Part shown: piece by piece, positions 47,836-58,004 of the stretch
How the letters are laid out: every line of letters begins with the position of its first letter
How positions within the stretch are numbered: the first letter of the stretch is position 1
NCBI GenBank assembly: GCA_965215405.1
Contig: OZ244060.1
Coordinates: 309,833 to 373,832, forward strand
Direction of reading: 5' to 3'
DNA length: 64,000 nt
Source of the DNA: Nitrospirales bacterium
GTDB taxonomy: Bacteria > Nitrospirota > Nitrospiria > Nitrospirales > UBA8639
Notes under the pieces: model-generated
What the model saw: the letters and a program-made list of their open reading frames with translations, nothing else
Told to the model about the DNA's origin: nothing
Database searches by the model: none
Position numbers and translations under genes: made by a program

Positions 47836-48735
47836 TCACTCATCGCACGAAAGGGGTTCCGACGTCGTGTCCCGGGTGGCCTCGATGACAAACCCTCCTT
47901 TTTGAACGACGGCGTCGGGTTCTTCCAACACGACTGCCAGCAGCAGTTTGACGCCTTCCGAGGTCAACCCATTGGACGGCGCAATAAACCGTTTTCGCGC
48001 CACCCGTCGTTCCTCCGGATCGTCCGGCTCGTAATATCCGAGTAACGCTCCGCTCGTATTGGCCTTTGACAGTAAGCCCGCCCAATCCTCAATGAGGGAA
48101 TCATTCCACGGACCAATCCCTCTGACCGCGCGATGCTGTTCCAACTTTGTCCAAATCTGCCATCCGATAAACACCGCCCAGGTCTCGTTCAACACTTCCC
48201 ATGCATCTTCTTCGGAAAGAAAGCGGAGCTCCGTCGCGTCCCGACGTTGACGAATCGGGTTAATACGCACAAAACGATAATGACAGCGCATTTGCTCATG
48301 GGCAAAAGCCAAGACTCGATGAACCTGGGAACTCAACGTTTCCGAATCCGGACCATTGAAAATGTAATCCAGATAAGAATGGAGCAGTTCGTGATACAGG
48401 AGACTGACGTCATGGTGGGTCATACGCTCCAAATCCATCAACGCCCCGCCGGCTTTATTGAACGACAACCGCAGGTTCAAAATCATACGATGATCTTCCG
48501 GATGATATTCCGCGGCATAGGTCCGAAGGTCTTCGAACGTCACCGTGACAAAATCGGGATCGATTTCCTTGAGAAACCCCGTCGGCAGTTCCAATGATTC
48601 GGCTTGTTCAATGAGATTGACCCAGGTCTCGATGGTCCTGTTTGGACCCTGAGCACCGTGGACGAACTGGTTCAGGCTCAGCACGAGCCCCAATAAGAGA
48701 ACGGCCAAAATCCATTTTATCGTTCCCCGTGTCAC
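47836..48735 (-). CDS. Secreted protein with HExxH motif (putative zinc metallopeptidase-like)
   Basis: Signal peptide MTRGTIKWILAVLLLGLVLSLNQFVHG; LLYHELLHSYLDY contains HELLH. No family assigned. Confidence 0.5.
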   Translation of the reverse strand: MTRGTIKWILAVLLLGLVLSLNQFVHGAQGPNRTIETWVNLIEQAESLELPTGFLKEIDPDFVTVTFEDLRTYAAEYHPEDHRMILNLRLSFNKAGGALMDLERMTHHDVSLLYHELLHSYLDYIFNGPDSETLSSQVHRVLAFAHEQMRCHYRFVRINPIRQRRDATELRFLSEEDAWEVLNETWAVFIGWQIWTKLEQHRAVRGIGPWNDSLIEDWAGLLSKANTSGALLGYYEPDDPEERRVARKRFIAPSNGLTSEGVKLLLAVVLEEPDAVVQKGGFVIEATRDTTSEPLSCDE

Positions 48736-48741
48736 GGCGGC

Positions 48742-50778
48742 TTACCTCCAGGATTCACCATCTTCAACCACGCTCCAGGTTTCGACCAGGGAAGCGGGCA
48801 CGTCATCGAGAAATCGAGACGGCTTCAAGAGCATCGATCCCGTGACTTTATCATACACCTGAATGGGAAACGTAAGGTAGAGGAGTTGCTTGGCCCGGGT
48901 CACCGAAACGTACAGTAACCGCCGTTCCTCTTCGAGTTCTTCTTCGGTCAGAAACGAATAGGAGGAGGGGAATCGTCCATCGACCAGCCAAATCACAAAC
49001 ACACACCGCCATTCAAGCCCTTTAGCGGAATGGATGGTTGACAACGCGAGCCGTTTATCATCACGGTCCCGGGCTTCGATCTCCGTCATGCTCCCATCGG
49101 GCGGTTCAAGCGTCAGATCGGCAAGAAACTCTTCCAGGTTCGCATAGCGCTCCGCTATGACCATGAGATGCTCCAAATCCCGAATGCGTTTGGGATAATC
49201 ATCGTACTGCTCTTTGAGGATCGGATAATAATACTCCAGAAGACGATTGACTTGATCGGCAGGAGATTCGTCTTCCACGTTGCCGCTGGATTCCAGTGCC
49301 GAGGCGAGGTTGCGCAATCCCAGGGCCGACCGCCCACCCCCCTGCCGCAACGCCTCATACGGAGCCTCGCTGATCACGAGTTGGGCAATCAGGTCGCTCG
49401 CCCGCTTTTGCCCCACGCCGTCAACCAACTGCAACAAACGGTTCCAACTGATCGTATCCAGGGGGTTATGCACGACGCGCAAATGTGCCAGTACATCCTT
49501 GACGTGCGCAGTGTCAATAAATTTGAACCCACCTCGTTTGACAAACGGGACGTCCCGTTTGGACAACTCGATTTCCAAGTCAAAGGCGTGAAAGCTGGAG
49601 CGAAACAAGACCGCGATTTCATCTAACTGCACGCCTTCTTCCCGCAGTTCCAGGACTTTCTGCGCGATGAATCGAGACTGGGCGTTTTCACCGACCGTTT
49701 GGACCAGGGCCGGTCGCTCACCCTGCCCTTTTTGGGTAAACAACGTTTTACTGTATTTTTCCGTTGCGCCTTTAATGACGTCGTTGGCTAACTCCAAGAT
49801 GGATTGCGTACTTCGGTAATTTTCTTCCAGCGTGAAAATTCTGGTTTCCGGGAACAAGACAGGAAATTCCATGATGTTCCGAAACGTGGCTCCACGAAAC
49901 GCGTAGATCGATTGCGAATCATCCCCGACGACCATCACGTTCTCATGCGTGGCGGCAAGTTTCCGCACCACCTCGGCCTGGAGCCGGTTGGTGTCCTGAT
50001 ATTCATCGACCAGAACGTAGCGATAGACCTCCGAGATCATCTTCCTCGCCGGCTCATCGACCGTTAACAGCTCCAGAAGGCGGGTCAGCAGATCATCATA
50101 GTCGACTAACTGCCGTTGGTGCTTGGTTGATTCATACGCTTTTTGCAATTCGGTCAACTCGCCCAGATAGTCGCCGAAATGGTCGTACTCCTTCAGGAGC
50201 ACGTCTTCGAGCGATTGCAGGGTATTGGCGCATTTGCTGAACATGTCGGCAATCGTCCTTTTGCGAGGAAAGCGCTTGCCGGTTTCGGTGAGACCGATTT
50301 GAGCGCGAACGAGGTTGACCAGGTCTTCGGAATCGCCACGATCCAGAATCGTAAAGCCCGGCTCCAGGCCAATGGCTCGGCCATGGCGGCGGAGCAAGAC
50401 GTTGGCCACGGAATGAAACGTCCCTCCCGTCACTCGATCGCTTTGTGGACCAATCAGCAGGCCCACTCGCCCCAACATTTCTTGAGCCGCTTTTCGAGTA
50501 AAGGTCAACAGAAGAATCGAGCCCGGATCGATACCCGTATCGATCAGCCTGGCCACGCGATAGACAAGGACCCGGGTTTTGCCGCTTCCGGCCCCGGCAA
50601 TGACTAAGGCCGGACCATTGACGACTTCGACGGCGGCGAGTTGTTGAGGATTTAATTCCTGCGCGTAATCTCGAGAAAGGGGCTTGACCGCCGCGTCGGC
50701 ACTCGGTCGCTTCAGCACGTAGACTTTGGAATCGGATTTGACGGAGTCCATCAAGGGCACGAGAGAAAAAGGGTTCAC
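48742..50778 (-). CDS. UvrD/PcrA/Rep-family ATP-dependent DNA helicase
   Basis: LVIAGAGSGKTRVLVYR (motif I), VLVDEYQDTN (motif II), LYVSVTRAKQLLYL (motif VI); 678 aa. Confidence 0.9.
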   Translation of the reverse strand: MNPFSLVPLMDSVKSDSKVYVLKRPSADAAVKPLSRDYAQELNPQQLAAVEVVNGPALVIAGAGSGKTRVLVYRVARLIDTGIDPGSILLLTFTRKAAQEMLGRVGLLIGPQSDRVTGGTFHSVANVLLRRHGRAIGLEPGFTILDRGDSEDLVNLVRAQIGLTETGKRFPRKRTIADMFSKCANTLQSLEDVLLKEYDHFGDYLGELTELQKAYESTKHQRQLVDYDDLLTRLLELLTVDEPARKMISEVYRYVLVDEYQDTNRLQAEVVRKLAATHENVMVVGDDSQSIYAFRGATFRNIMEFPVLFPETRIFTLEENYRSTQSILELANDVIKGATEKYSKTLFTQKGQGERPALVQTVGENAQSRFIAQKVLELREEGVQLDEIAVLFRSSFHAFDLEIELSKRDVPFVKRGGFKFIDTAHVKDVLAHLRVVHNPLDTISWNRLLQLVDGVGQKRASDLIAQLVISEAPYEALRQGGGRSALGLRNLASALESSGNVEDESPADQVNRLLEYYYPILKEQYDDYPKRIRDLEHLMVIAERYANLEEFLADLTLEPPDGSMTEIEARDRDDKRLALSTIHSAKGLEWRCVFVIWLVDGRFPSSYSFLTEEELEEERRLLYVSVTRAKQLLYLTFPIQVYDKVTGSMLLKPSRFLDDVPASLVETWSVVEDGESWR

Positions 50779-50920
50779 GGAAATGGACCCTTACACCGGA
50801 CCCACTCCATCCGTCGTGTATAACACAGGGCCTGGCCCCATGCAATGACGGGCCCGGACCGGAACCGTGAACCATCTCCACCTTCCTGGGAACACTTGCA
50901 AAGCCTTCCCTTTCTTTGCT

Positions 50921-51000
50921 TAGATAGGCATCAGGCTTTTCAGACAGGCATCAGGCTTTTCAGACAGGCATCAGGCTTTTCAGACAGGCATCAGGCTTTT
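50921..51000. repeat. Four tandem 20-bp direct repeats
   Basis: TAGATAGGCATCAGGCTTTT followed by 3x CAGACAGGCATCAGGCTTTT (perfect). The array ends 6 nt before ATG 51007. Confidence 0.95.
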
Positions 51001-51006
51001 CAATTC

Positions 51007-51858
51007 ATGAAGCGTCCCGTTCAAGAGTACGAATCCATTCTCAAAGACTTGTCGAACACCATACTGGACGTATGCCGGGAATCCGTTACGCTGATTAAGC
51101 GCAGCGATCAATCCACCTCCATCAAACTCAATCAACAACAGGAATGGGACGTTTATCTGGAATTCCTGAAGGTCCTGTTTAATCTGGCGGATCGCGTTTC
51201 CGCGTTTTACGTTCCCATCCAACGGCAACCCGAATTCATGAATAGTCTTGAAGATCACGTGAGTGATCGACTCAAATCCCTGTTAGCTCCCTCTCTGAGC
51301 TCCTCTCAAATCGATGATCAGGAAATTGTCGTCTCCGTCGGCCAGGCCGTAGCCGAAAGCCGCCAGACCTATGAACCCTACAAATTTGTGTTTTCGGAAG
51401 ACAGTAAAGCGCGAAATGCTTTTCTTCAGCACGCCGGTGAACGCGTGGCCGGCAGGACGGGGGACGCCAACAACCAAGCCGTCACGACGACAACCGCCGT
51501 CTGTATCAACGCCGTGATTCCAGCGTTGACGGCTCTCTTTGAAGGAAAACCCTCGGAATCCGAAGCAGAGACGTTTCCTGCGACTCAACCTCAAGCGGAA
51601 GGTCCGTCCTCTGCCCGTTCCAAGAACCCTCACGGCGCGAAATTGATCAAGCTGATCAGCGTTGTCGCTTCCATTTCAGGCGAGGAATTTGAAACCCGGT
51701 GGGGTCTGCTTCCACAATTTCGCCGGGACCTGAAGCCTGACCAGGTCACGGCCCTCACCGAGTACATGAACCGCGTGGCCCGGATCGTGGGGGACCGTTT
51801 TGCCATCGAATCCTCCAAGGCCTTAGGCAAGGCTGATTCTCCAGGCGGAAACGCCTGA
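51007..51858 (+). CDS. Hypothetical protein (283 aa from ATG 51007; ORF is open back to 50845 through the tandem repeats)
   Basis: Long ORF with normal composition. No recognisable motif. Neither candidate start has a Shine-Dalgarno. Confidence 0.5.
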   Translation: MKRPVQEYESILKDLSNTILDVCRESVTLIKRSDQSTSIKLNQQQEWDVYLEFLKVLFNLADRVSAFYVPIQRQPEFMNSLEDHVSDRLKSLLAPSLSSSQIDDQEIVVSVGQAVAESRQTYEPYKFVFSEDSKARNAFLQHAGERVAGRTGDANNQAVTTTTAVCINAVIPALTALFEGKPSESEAETFPATQPQAEGPSSARSKNPHGAKLIKLISVVASISGEEFETRWGLLPQFRRDLKPDQVTALTEYMNRVARIVGDRFAIESSKALGKADSPGGNA

Positions 51859-52111
51859 TCTCTCGCACGTTCAGTTCCACGGGCAATTCTTGACGCGGTC
51901 AGGATGGGGTATGGTCGTGCGCGGCTTCTCAGAATTTTTGAGAGAGGAGGTGCATGATCGCAGGGCACACGCGAAGTGCCAAATAAATTCCCAGGCACTC
52001 ACTGAAGCGAGGTTTTGGTTCGCACGAGACTCAAAGGATGCTCACGGACTTTGCCGGTCAACCGATCAGCAACTTCTCCGTCACCATGCTTACAGATCGC
52101 TGGCGGGGGCC

Positions 52112-52921
52112 TCATTGCTTCACTCCAACCAGCGTTATCGCTCCCAAATTGCTCATATGTTCTCGAAAAACCCTTCGCATCCGGAAAATTCTCCGCCGAG
52201 CCGAAGGAGTCATTGCGACCTTCAAAACGAAACGCATCGTACGCGCCCACCCCTCATCCTGAATAAATCGCCTGGGTTCCAATAAATGCATGGGCGTGGT
52301 GATCTGTGTTTCGACCGTCAACCCATGGTCCTCCAGCAGACGTCTCCACTCCCCGGGAGTCAAAGGCCTCGCACCCACTCGAATGGCTTCAGACAAGATC
52401 CCTGTAATCTCCGCCTTTTTGGTATCCTCCAGACCATCAGGCTGTAAACACAGCTCGTGGATTCCGTATCTTCCTCCAGGCCTGAGCAGCCGCGTGGCTT
52501 CCTCGACGATCGACGACTTCAGGACCGGCGTCTGCATGCTCAGCATGGCTTCGCCAAAAACCACCGTTGCCGAAGCGTCGGGCAGGCCCGTGTTTTCCGC
52601 CCTGCCCACCAGGCATTGTCGGCCCTGGCCTTTCAGGTACTTCCCAACTTGTCTGGCTGCGGTATCGTCCCGTTCAATACCCGTATAAGAGGTTGGATTG
52701 CGCTTCAGGGCCGCCCGAGCCGTCACTCCAAGGCCAGGAGCGAATTCCACGACCTCGTCACCGGAGCGAATATCCAGGGACTCCAGCATGCGACAGGTCA
52801 ACTCCACCCCTCCGGGCCGCAACACCCTCTTGCCCATCTGCGCCAGCAGCCAGTGGCCCGGCATTTTGCCGTAGTCCAGTCCATGACCGGGTGCATCCTG
52901 ATCCGTACTTTTCTGTGTCAT
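52112..52921 (-). CDS. Class I SAM-dependent methyltransferase
   Basis: GDEVVEFAPGLGVTA motif I and VVFGEAML post-I/II pattern; 269 aa. Confidence 0.8.
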   Translation of the reverse strand: MTQKSTDQDAPGHGLDYGKMPGHWLLAQMGKRVLRPGGVELTCRMLESLDIRSGDEVVEFAPGLGVTARAALKRNPTSYTGIERDDTAARQVGKYLKGQGRQCLVGRAENTGLPDASATVVFGEAMLSMQTPVLKSSIVEEATRLLRPGGRYGIHELCLQPDGLEDTKKAEITGILSEAIRVGARPLTPGEWRRLLEDHGLTVETQITTPMHLLEPRRFIQDEGWARTMRFVLKVAMTPSARRRIFRMRRVFREHMSNLGAITLVGVKQ

Positions 52922-52942
52922 TGGTCGCGGTCTCCTGCCTTG

Positions 52943-55164
52943 TCAAAATTTCACCTTCACGCCGGCGTAAAAGGCCCGCCCGTCACCGGGCAGAAACGCC
53001 GCCTGATCGGGTCTGGCCTGATCGACGATAAGGGTCGATGAGGCATACGTCTTATCGAAGACGTTGCGTGCCTCTCCGAATAGACTGAAGTGGTCATTGA
53101 AATCATAGTTTGCGCGGAGGTCGACAACCACGAACGAATCGTTGTACAGCGTGTTGAGGTTGTCGACCGCCGTCCGGGCGCGCCAGTTGATTTCCGTCTG
53201 GACAACCAGGTCCGGCAGAAGGTCATACTGCACCATCCAGTTGACGAAGTGCGGCGGTGCCCCCGCCAGGCGGTTGTTCCCTCGCACCGGATCGCCATCA
53301 AAGCGAAAATCCTGATACGTATAGGCCAGCCGGCTGCTGAGTTCATCGGTTAATTGGGCGCTGAGGCCCAGCTCGATTCCAAAATGGGTGGTCTTGTCGG
53401 CATTCACGGCACCCAGCGCAACACCGGACATGTCACGCAGACTCAGCAACTCGTTCTTCACCCACGCGTAATAGGTCACGGCGTCCCAGGCGACTATTCC
53501 GGACCTGCCGCGCCATCCGACTTCGATGGTCGTCGCCGTTTGCGCTTTGAGATCCGGTGTGCGAAAAGCGGGTGCGGGAAAGGCCGGATTGGGAGGCATC
53601 GGCCGACCTGGGCTGCTGAACGGCGTGCCGCTCAGGGTGACAATCAGGTCGTCGTGGACCGGGGGTTCGAAACTGCGGCTGACCGCCGCGAACAACGTAT
53701 GGTTTTCCATGGGCTGAAGGCCAAAGCGAGGCTTGGGCTCCAGCCATCATAAGATCGCGAGTAACTGGTGTTGCCCGCCGGCACCTGACCGCCCGGCAAC
53801 GGCATAGTCTGATTCATGGGATTAAAGGCGATGGTAGGCCGCGTCATCGCCTCAAACACGTCCGCGTTTTCCCGTTCCGCCTGGGTGTAGGCCACGGTCG
53901 GCGAGAGCGTAAAGACGTCGCCGATGGGAATATTCAGCCCGGCATAGAGCGAAAGCGTGCTGGCGTCGAGTTCACTTTGGCCGAACAGTGGTCCCTTGGC
54001 TCCCGCTCTGTTGATGAAATTGTACCGGTCGGCCGACCCCACGACGTATTTGGCGGTGGCTTCGAACAGAGGAAGCGTCCGGGTCGCGTCAGGCCGATAG
54101 GCATAGCGCAAGACGGAGGTAAAATCTCCGCCTTCCGTCTCGCGAATCGAGCTGGGGATGGGAAAACGGAATGCATCATCGGTATACGTGTACCCCAGGA
54201 CCAGGTCGGCAAGTTGCGCGCCGGACGTTGCGGTTGTCCTGCTGACGATCCGAAACTGGTTCGCCTCGCGTTGCGGTTGGTCACGAACGACGTTCGGTCC
54301 GCGATTGGATACCAGCAGCCCGGGCGGCGGCATCGGGTTGGGGCGGACCGTGGGACCCGCGTGGATCCGCGTGGGATCCTGGTTCAGTTGCTGCTTGGTC
54401 AACGGACCGGCAACGTCGAAACTCATATCGGTATACCCGACGAAGAGGCGGCTGGAGACGTTATCGGTCAGTTTGAGACCGACGTTGGCGTCGAGGTTCA
54501 ATCTTTCCGATTTATTGTAAACGCGAAATCCATCCCGCTGACTGAAATGCACCTGCGCGAGTCCATCGAAATTTCCCTGTTTCCCGCCCGCTTGGGCGGA
54601 GGCGGACACCTGACCGAAACTGCCGCCTTCCACTCCTGCGGTCACCCCAGGAGCCGACGAACCCGTCGGCGAGACGAAATTGAGCGCGCCCCCGAGCACG
54701 GTGGCTCCGAGCCGGTTGGCCGTGTACCCGCGATACACCTCGGTAAACTGCACCTGCCTGGCATTGGCGAGGCCCACGGCATATGAACCGTCGGCCCGAT
54801 TGATCGGCAGCCCGTTTTGGAGAATCAGGACCCCGCGCTCAACGGGATTTTGCTGCAAGCCGGACCCGCGAATCTGAATGCGTGGTTGATCATTGCTGCC
54901 AAAAAAGTTCTGCACGACTACCCCTGGCGTCGAGACGAGCGCGTCAGAGATATTCACGTTTGTTTTGCCCGTAAGGGCACTCTCGAGGATCAACCCCGTA
55001 CCGCCTGGAATGGCCTCCATCTTCTCTCTGGCCAGTTCCGCCTCTCTCGTTCGACGACCTTCAACGACAATTTCTTCAAGGACGACGATCGAACGCGACA
55101 GTACAGAACGGTCGTCTGTGACCTTTTTCATTTCATTGTTCTCCATCTTCATCGGATGCGGCAT
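52943..55164 (-). pseudogene. TonB-dependent receptor interrupted by a single frameshift near 53710
   Basis: The 506-aa ORF carries the plug and N-terminal barrel (EEIVVEGRR…; RIQIRGSGLQQNP). The 255-aa ORF carries the C-terminal barrel ending AGVKVKF*. Adding one C to the CCC at ~53712 restores …LALAFSPMENHTLFAAVSRSFEPP…. Confidence 0.8.
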
Positions 55165-55194
55165 ACGTCATATCTCACGGACAATTAAAGTATC

Positions 55195-55213
55195 GATTAT
55201 AATTATCAATTTC
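55195..55213. promoter_or_regulatory. Candidate Fur box upstream of the split TonB-dependent receptor
   Basis: GATTATAATTATCAATTTC matches 14 of 19 positions of the classical GATAATGATAATCATTATC consensus. It lies 31-49 nt upstream of ATG 55164. Confidence 0.45.
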
Positions 55214-55453
55214 AATATATTACAACCATGAGGTCCGTGACAACAGAAAGTTTCCTTTGGAAATTCGCAACGCGTGCCTTTCCGTTCACTTCCCGATTGC
55301 ACCAACAAACTCCTCCTGGCCGACGCGTCTTAACCGTTCCAACCCATGGGCAGTCCCTTGATTCTTCTTGCCTCTTTCTTTTTACTCCCTCGAAGTCCAT
55401 AATGTGTCCTCATCTGAAACCAACAACACGAACCCACGGACAGGAATCAAACG

Positions 55454-55888
55454 ATGATGAAATTCTTGAGAATCGTCTTGATCTTGGGTGCCTTTTTGGC
55501 AGGACTTTACGTAGGGCGACAACCACCCGAGGAGATCAAAAATCAGATCCGGGAGTTATCGCAAGGAGTCGTGGAGCAGACCGTCGGCCTCGTTGAGGAA
55601 GATTTGCTCGTTCAAAAGAAAGTCGTACAGGCCACGTCCGGCTTTTTGAACGGCAGGGCCAAAATGCTGGCCGGCAAACAGGAGGAAGCCATAGCCGACC
55701 TGGAGAAAACGCTTGAGCACCTGGAACAAGCCGTCAGGATGAAGGGATCAGAAACCTCGGACGCACTTCGTGAAGCCATGGCGAAGGTCGCGGATCTTCA
55801 ACGAGCCATGGCTGACGGCCAAGCCGTCTCTCAAGAAAAACTGGAAGCCGCTCAAGAACAATTGAACTCACTCCTGTGGCAGACGTGA
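55454..55888 (+). CDS. Hypothetical membrane-anchored coiled-coil protein
   Basis: MMKFLRIVLILGAFLAGLYVG anchor, then a helical charged sequence. Confidence 0.55.
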   Translation: MMKFLRIVLILGAFLAGLYVGRQPPEEIKNQIRELSQGVVEQTVGLVEEDLLVQKKVVQATSGFLNGRAKMLAGKQEEAIADLEKTLEHLEQAVRMKGSETSDALREAMAKVADLQRAMADGQAVSQEKLEAAQEQLNSLLWQT

Positions 55889-56015
55889 ACGGACGACAAG
55901 ACGGGTTCTCAGAGGGAATCACTGCAGACCTGCAGTGAGCGCCGCGGGTTCCGACCGCAGGCGCGTACGTGCTGACGGGTTTTAAGCGTTGACCGCGCTC
56001 CGGCGGTTTTGTCTG

Positions 56016-56891
56016 CTAGGCGTTGGCCGGCTGTTTTTTCCACGCCGCAAGAATACGTTCTATCCGCATCCGAACGACGATGTCTGGATCTTTCATCAAG
56101 GGCTTAATCGCGTCCCGTCCTCGCGGGTCTCCCACTTTTTCCAACGCAGCCGCTGCGGTAAGACGCGTAAACCAATCCCGGTCCTGGAGCATGGCAATTA
56201 AGGGATCAACGGCTTCCGAATCCCTGATCTCACCGAGAGCCGAAATAGCCTGCTTGCGTACGAACTCTTCTCTATCGCTCAAGGCCTCAATCAATTTGGG
56301 CACGGCGGGTTTCCCCAACGAAACAAGGGCCCTCGTCGCGTCGTCCTTGAACTCGTCATTGTGCAACATCGACAGCAGGGGCTCCAACACCCGTTCATCA
56401 TTGATCTTTCCCAATGCCTGAATCACGTATTTTCTGGACTCCCAATCGCGCATGTACCTGAGCAACAACTCGACCGCGGGAGACCCCACTTCAGCAATAG
56501 CTTCAACCGCCGCTTCCCGGACCTGCCAGTCCCCGTCACGGAGCGCTTTGACTATTGGCTCCACGCAGCGCTCGTCCCCCATTTCCCCCAGGGTCACGAC
56601 CGCTTCCCGTCGGACGACCCAATCCGGGTCACGAAGAAGGTCGATCTGGATATCGATCTCGTCTTTGACCTTCTCTTCTTCGAATTCAGGCTCTTCTTCC
56701 TCTGCCTGTGCGTCGCCCTGCTCCTCGCCTTGTTCGGCTTCCGCGGTCGTTACGTCGTCGCCGTCCAGCAGGGCTTCCGATACTTCATCCACAAATTCAT
56801 CCGTCACTTCATCTTGAGAGACGGCAGAGGCGTCGGTTTCCTCATCCTGCGCGTGATGATCTTCGGCAGAAGATTTCATATCGTCCTTCAT
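56016..56891 (-). CDS. HEAT-repeat protein with acidic N-terminal region
   Basis: Repeats such as DWVVRREAVVTLGEMGD, DWQVREAAVEAIAEVG, EFVRKQAISALGEIRD and DWFTRLTAAAALEKVGD. Confidence 0.7.
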   Translation of the reverse strand: MKDDMKSSAEDHHAQDEETDASAVSQDEVTDEFVDEVSEALLDGDDVTTAEAEQGEEQGDAQAEEEEPEFEEEKVKDEIDIQIDLLRDPDWVVRREAVVTLGEMGDERCVEPIVKALRDGDWQVREAAVEAIAEVGSPAVELLLRYMRDWESRKYVIQALGKINDERVLEPLLSMLHNDEFKDDATRALVSLGKPAVPKLIEALSDREEFVRKQAISALGEIRDSEAVDPLIAMLQDRDWFTRLTAAAALEKVGDPRGRDAIKPLMKDPDIVVRMRIERILAAWKKQPANA

Positions 56892-56949
56892 GAACTTTCC
56901 CCTTTCACTGAATTCAGCAGACGCATCGTCACTCTCCGGGATTCCGACG

Positions 56950-57150
56950 TTATGCCGCCCTGGCTTTCTTCCCGGCAGCCCTGGCTATACGCGCCGCTTT
57001 GCCACGAATTTTTCGCTGTACCCGTTTGAGGCGTTTTCGCAGCCGTCGCACGTCCTTTTCCCCTTCGGGGGTTTCACCGCTGGCTCGTCTTTCCCTGACT
57101 TTTTGTTCAAGGGCCGCCTTATCCTCATCTCGTGTTCGCCTGTTTGCCAT
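56950..57150 (-). CDS. Small highly basic protein (66 aa), hypothetical
   Basis: ATG preceded by a GAGGAA Shine-Dalgarno. Lys/Arg-rich helical sequence. Confidence 0.4.
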   Translation of the reverse strand: MANRRTRDEDKAALEQKVRERRASGETPEGEKDVRRLRKRLKRVQRKIRGKAARIARAAGKKARAA

Positions 57151-57402
57151 TTCATTCCTCTAATGTATGAAGACTGTTCCAGACAACTCCGGGTCATCGA
57201 ATGGCCGAGTCTAGTCAACGGTTCTTCCAGGTGTCAACCAGACAACGCATTCGAACGCACCGTGAACGGTTCAAGCGTCGGCATGAGAACGTTCCTCCGG
57301 TGACTCACGTGAAGGGCTTTTCCACGCCCACGCGACGGAGAGAAGACGTAGACGAAAACGGTCAATGGGACCACGCAGTGCTTCCGGAAACGGGAAGGAA
57401 CT

Positions 57403-57909
57403 TTACCGATGCCAGTCTTCGCAGAAGCTTCGTTCATAGGCCAATATTTTCCAAGCTTCTTCTTCGGTAATCGTCACGGGAATCATCGGCACCATGCCGG
57501 TTCCCGGGCTGCCGTTCTTAATGATCCAGAACAATTCGCCGTCGCGTCTTCTCTTCTGAAACCTGCAATTGGTGAAATTGCGAGGCCCGGGATTCAAGCG
57601 CCTGCCGATTGGCCCATCTCCCAAGCCGGTTTCTCCATGGCACGAGACACAGATCCCTTTCCCTTCATACAGTGCTTTTCCCTCGTCAATGATCTCGGAC
57701 GAAGCCGTTTTCGTCGAACCAAAGGGTGGGATCAATTTTCGGGCCCGCGTTCTTTCACTCACGGGAACCCGGGGGCGCAACGGCTGCGCTTCTTCGGCCA
57801 GGCTCAGGTCAGGACAGGCGCCCCAACCAATGGACCACAGGCCCACGAGCGTCAGGAGCACGTATTTGCTCAGGAATCCGAATGAGAGCGCGCGTGATAT
57901 ACGTTGCAC
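57403..57909 (-). CDS. Class I c-type cytochrome (mono-haem)
   Basis: Signal peptide, CVSCH haem-binding motif and a downstream Met region (GSPGTGMVPM). Confidence 0.85.
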   Translation of the reverse strand: MQRISRALSFGFLSKYVLLTLVGLWSIGWGACPDLSLAEEAQPLRPRVPVSERTRARKLIPPFGSTKTASSEIIDEGKALYEGKGICVSCHGETGLGDGPIGRRLNPGPRNFTNCRFQKRRRDGELFWIIKNGSPGTGMVPMIPVTITEEEAWKILAYERSFCEDWHR

Positions 57910-57920
57910 TTTTGATTAAG

Positions 57921-57957
57921 AGAAAAAGCCCCGTTCAGGATTGAACCTGAACAGGGC
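57921..57957 (-). terminator. Rho-independent terminator after the upstream cytochrome c gene
   Basis: 12-bp stem (one mismatch) GCCCTGTTCAGG / CCTGAACGGGGC in minus-strand sense, followed by TTTTTCT. Confidence 0.55.
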
Positions 57958-58004
57958 TTTAGGTACTTATTCAAGTGACGAAACTATTCTTATGACTTCT
58001 ACTT

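Noticed and set aside
50845-51006. ATG 50845 as the true start of the hypothetical gene (337-aa form).
   Set aside because: That N-terminus would consist of translated 20-bp tandem repeats and has no Shine-Dalgarno. It is kept only as an alternative in the tandem-repeat finding.
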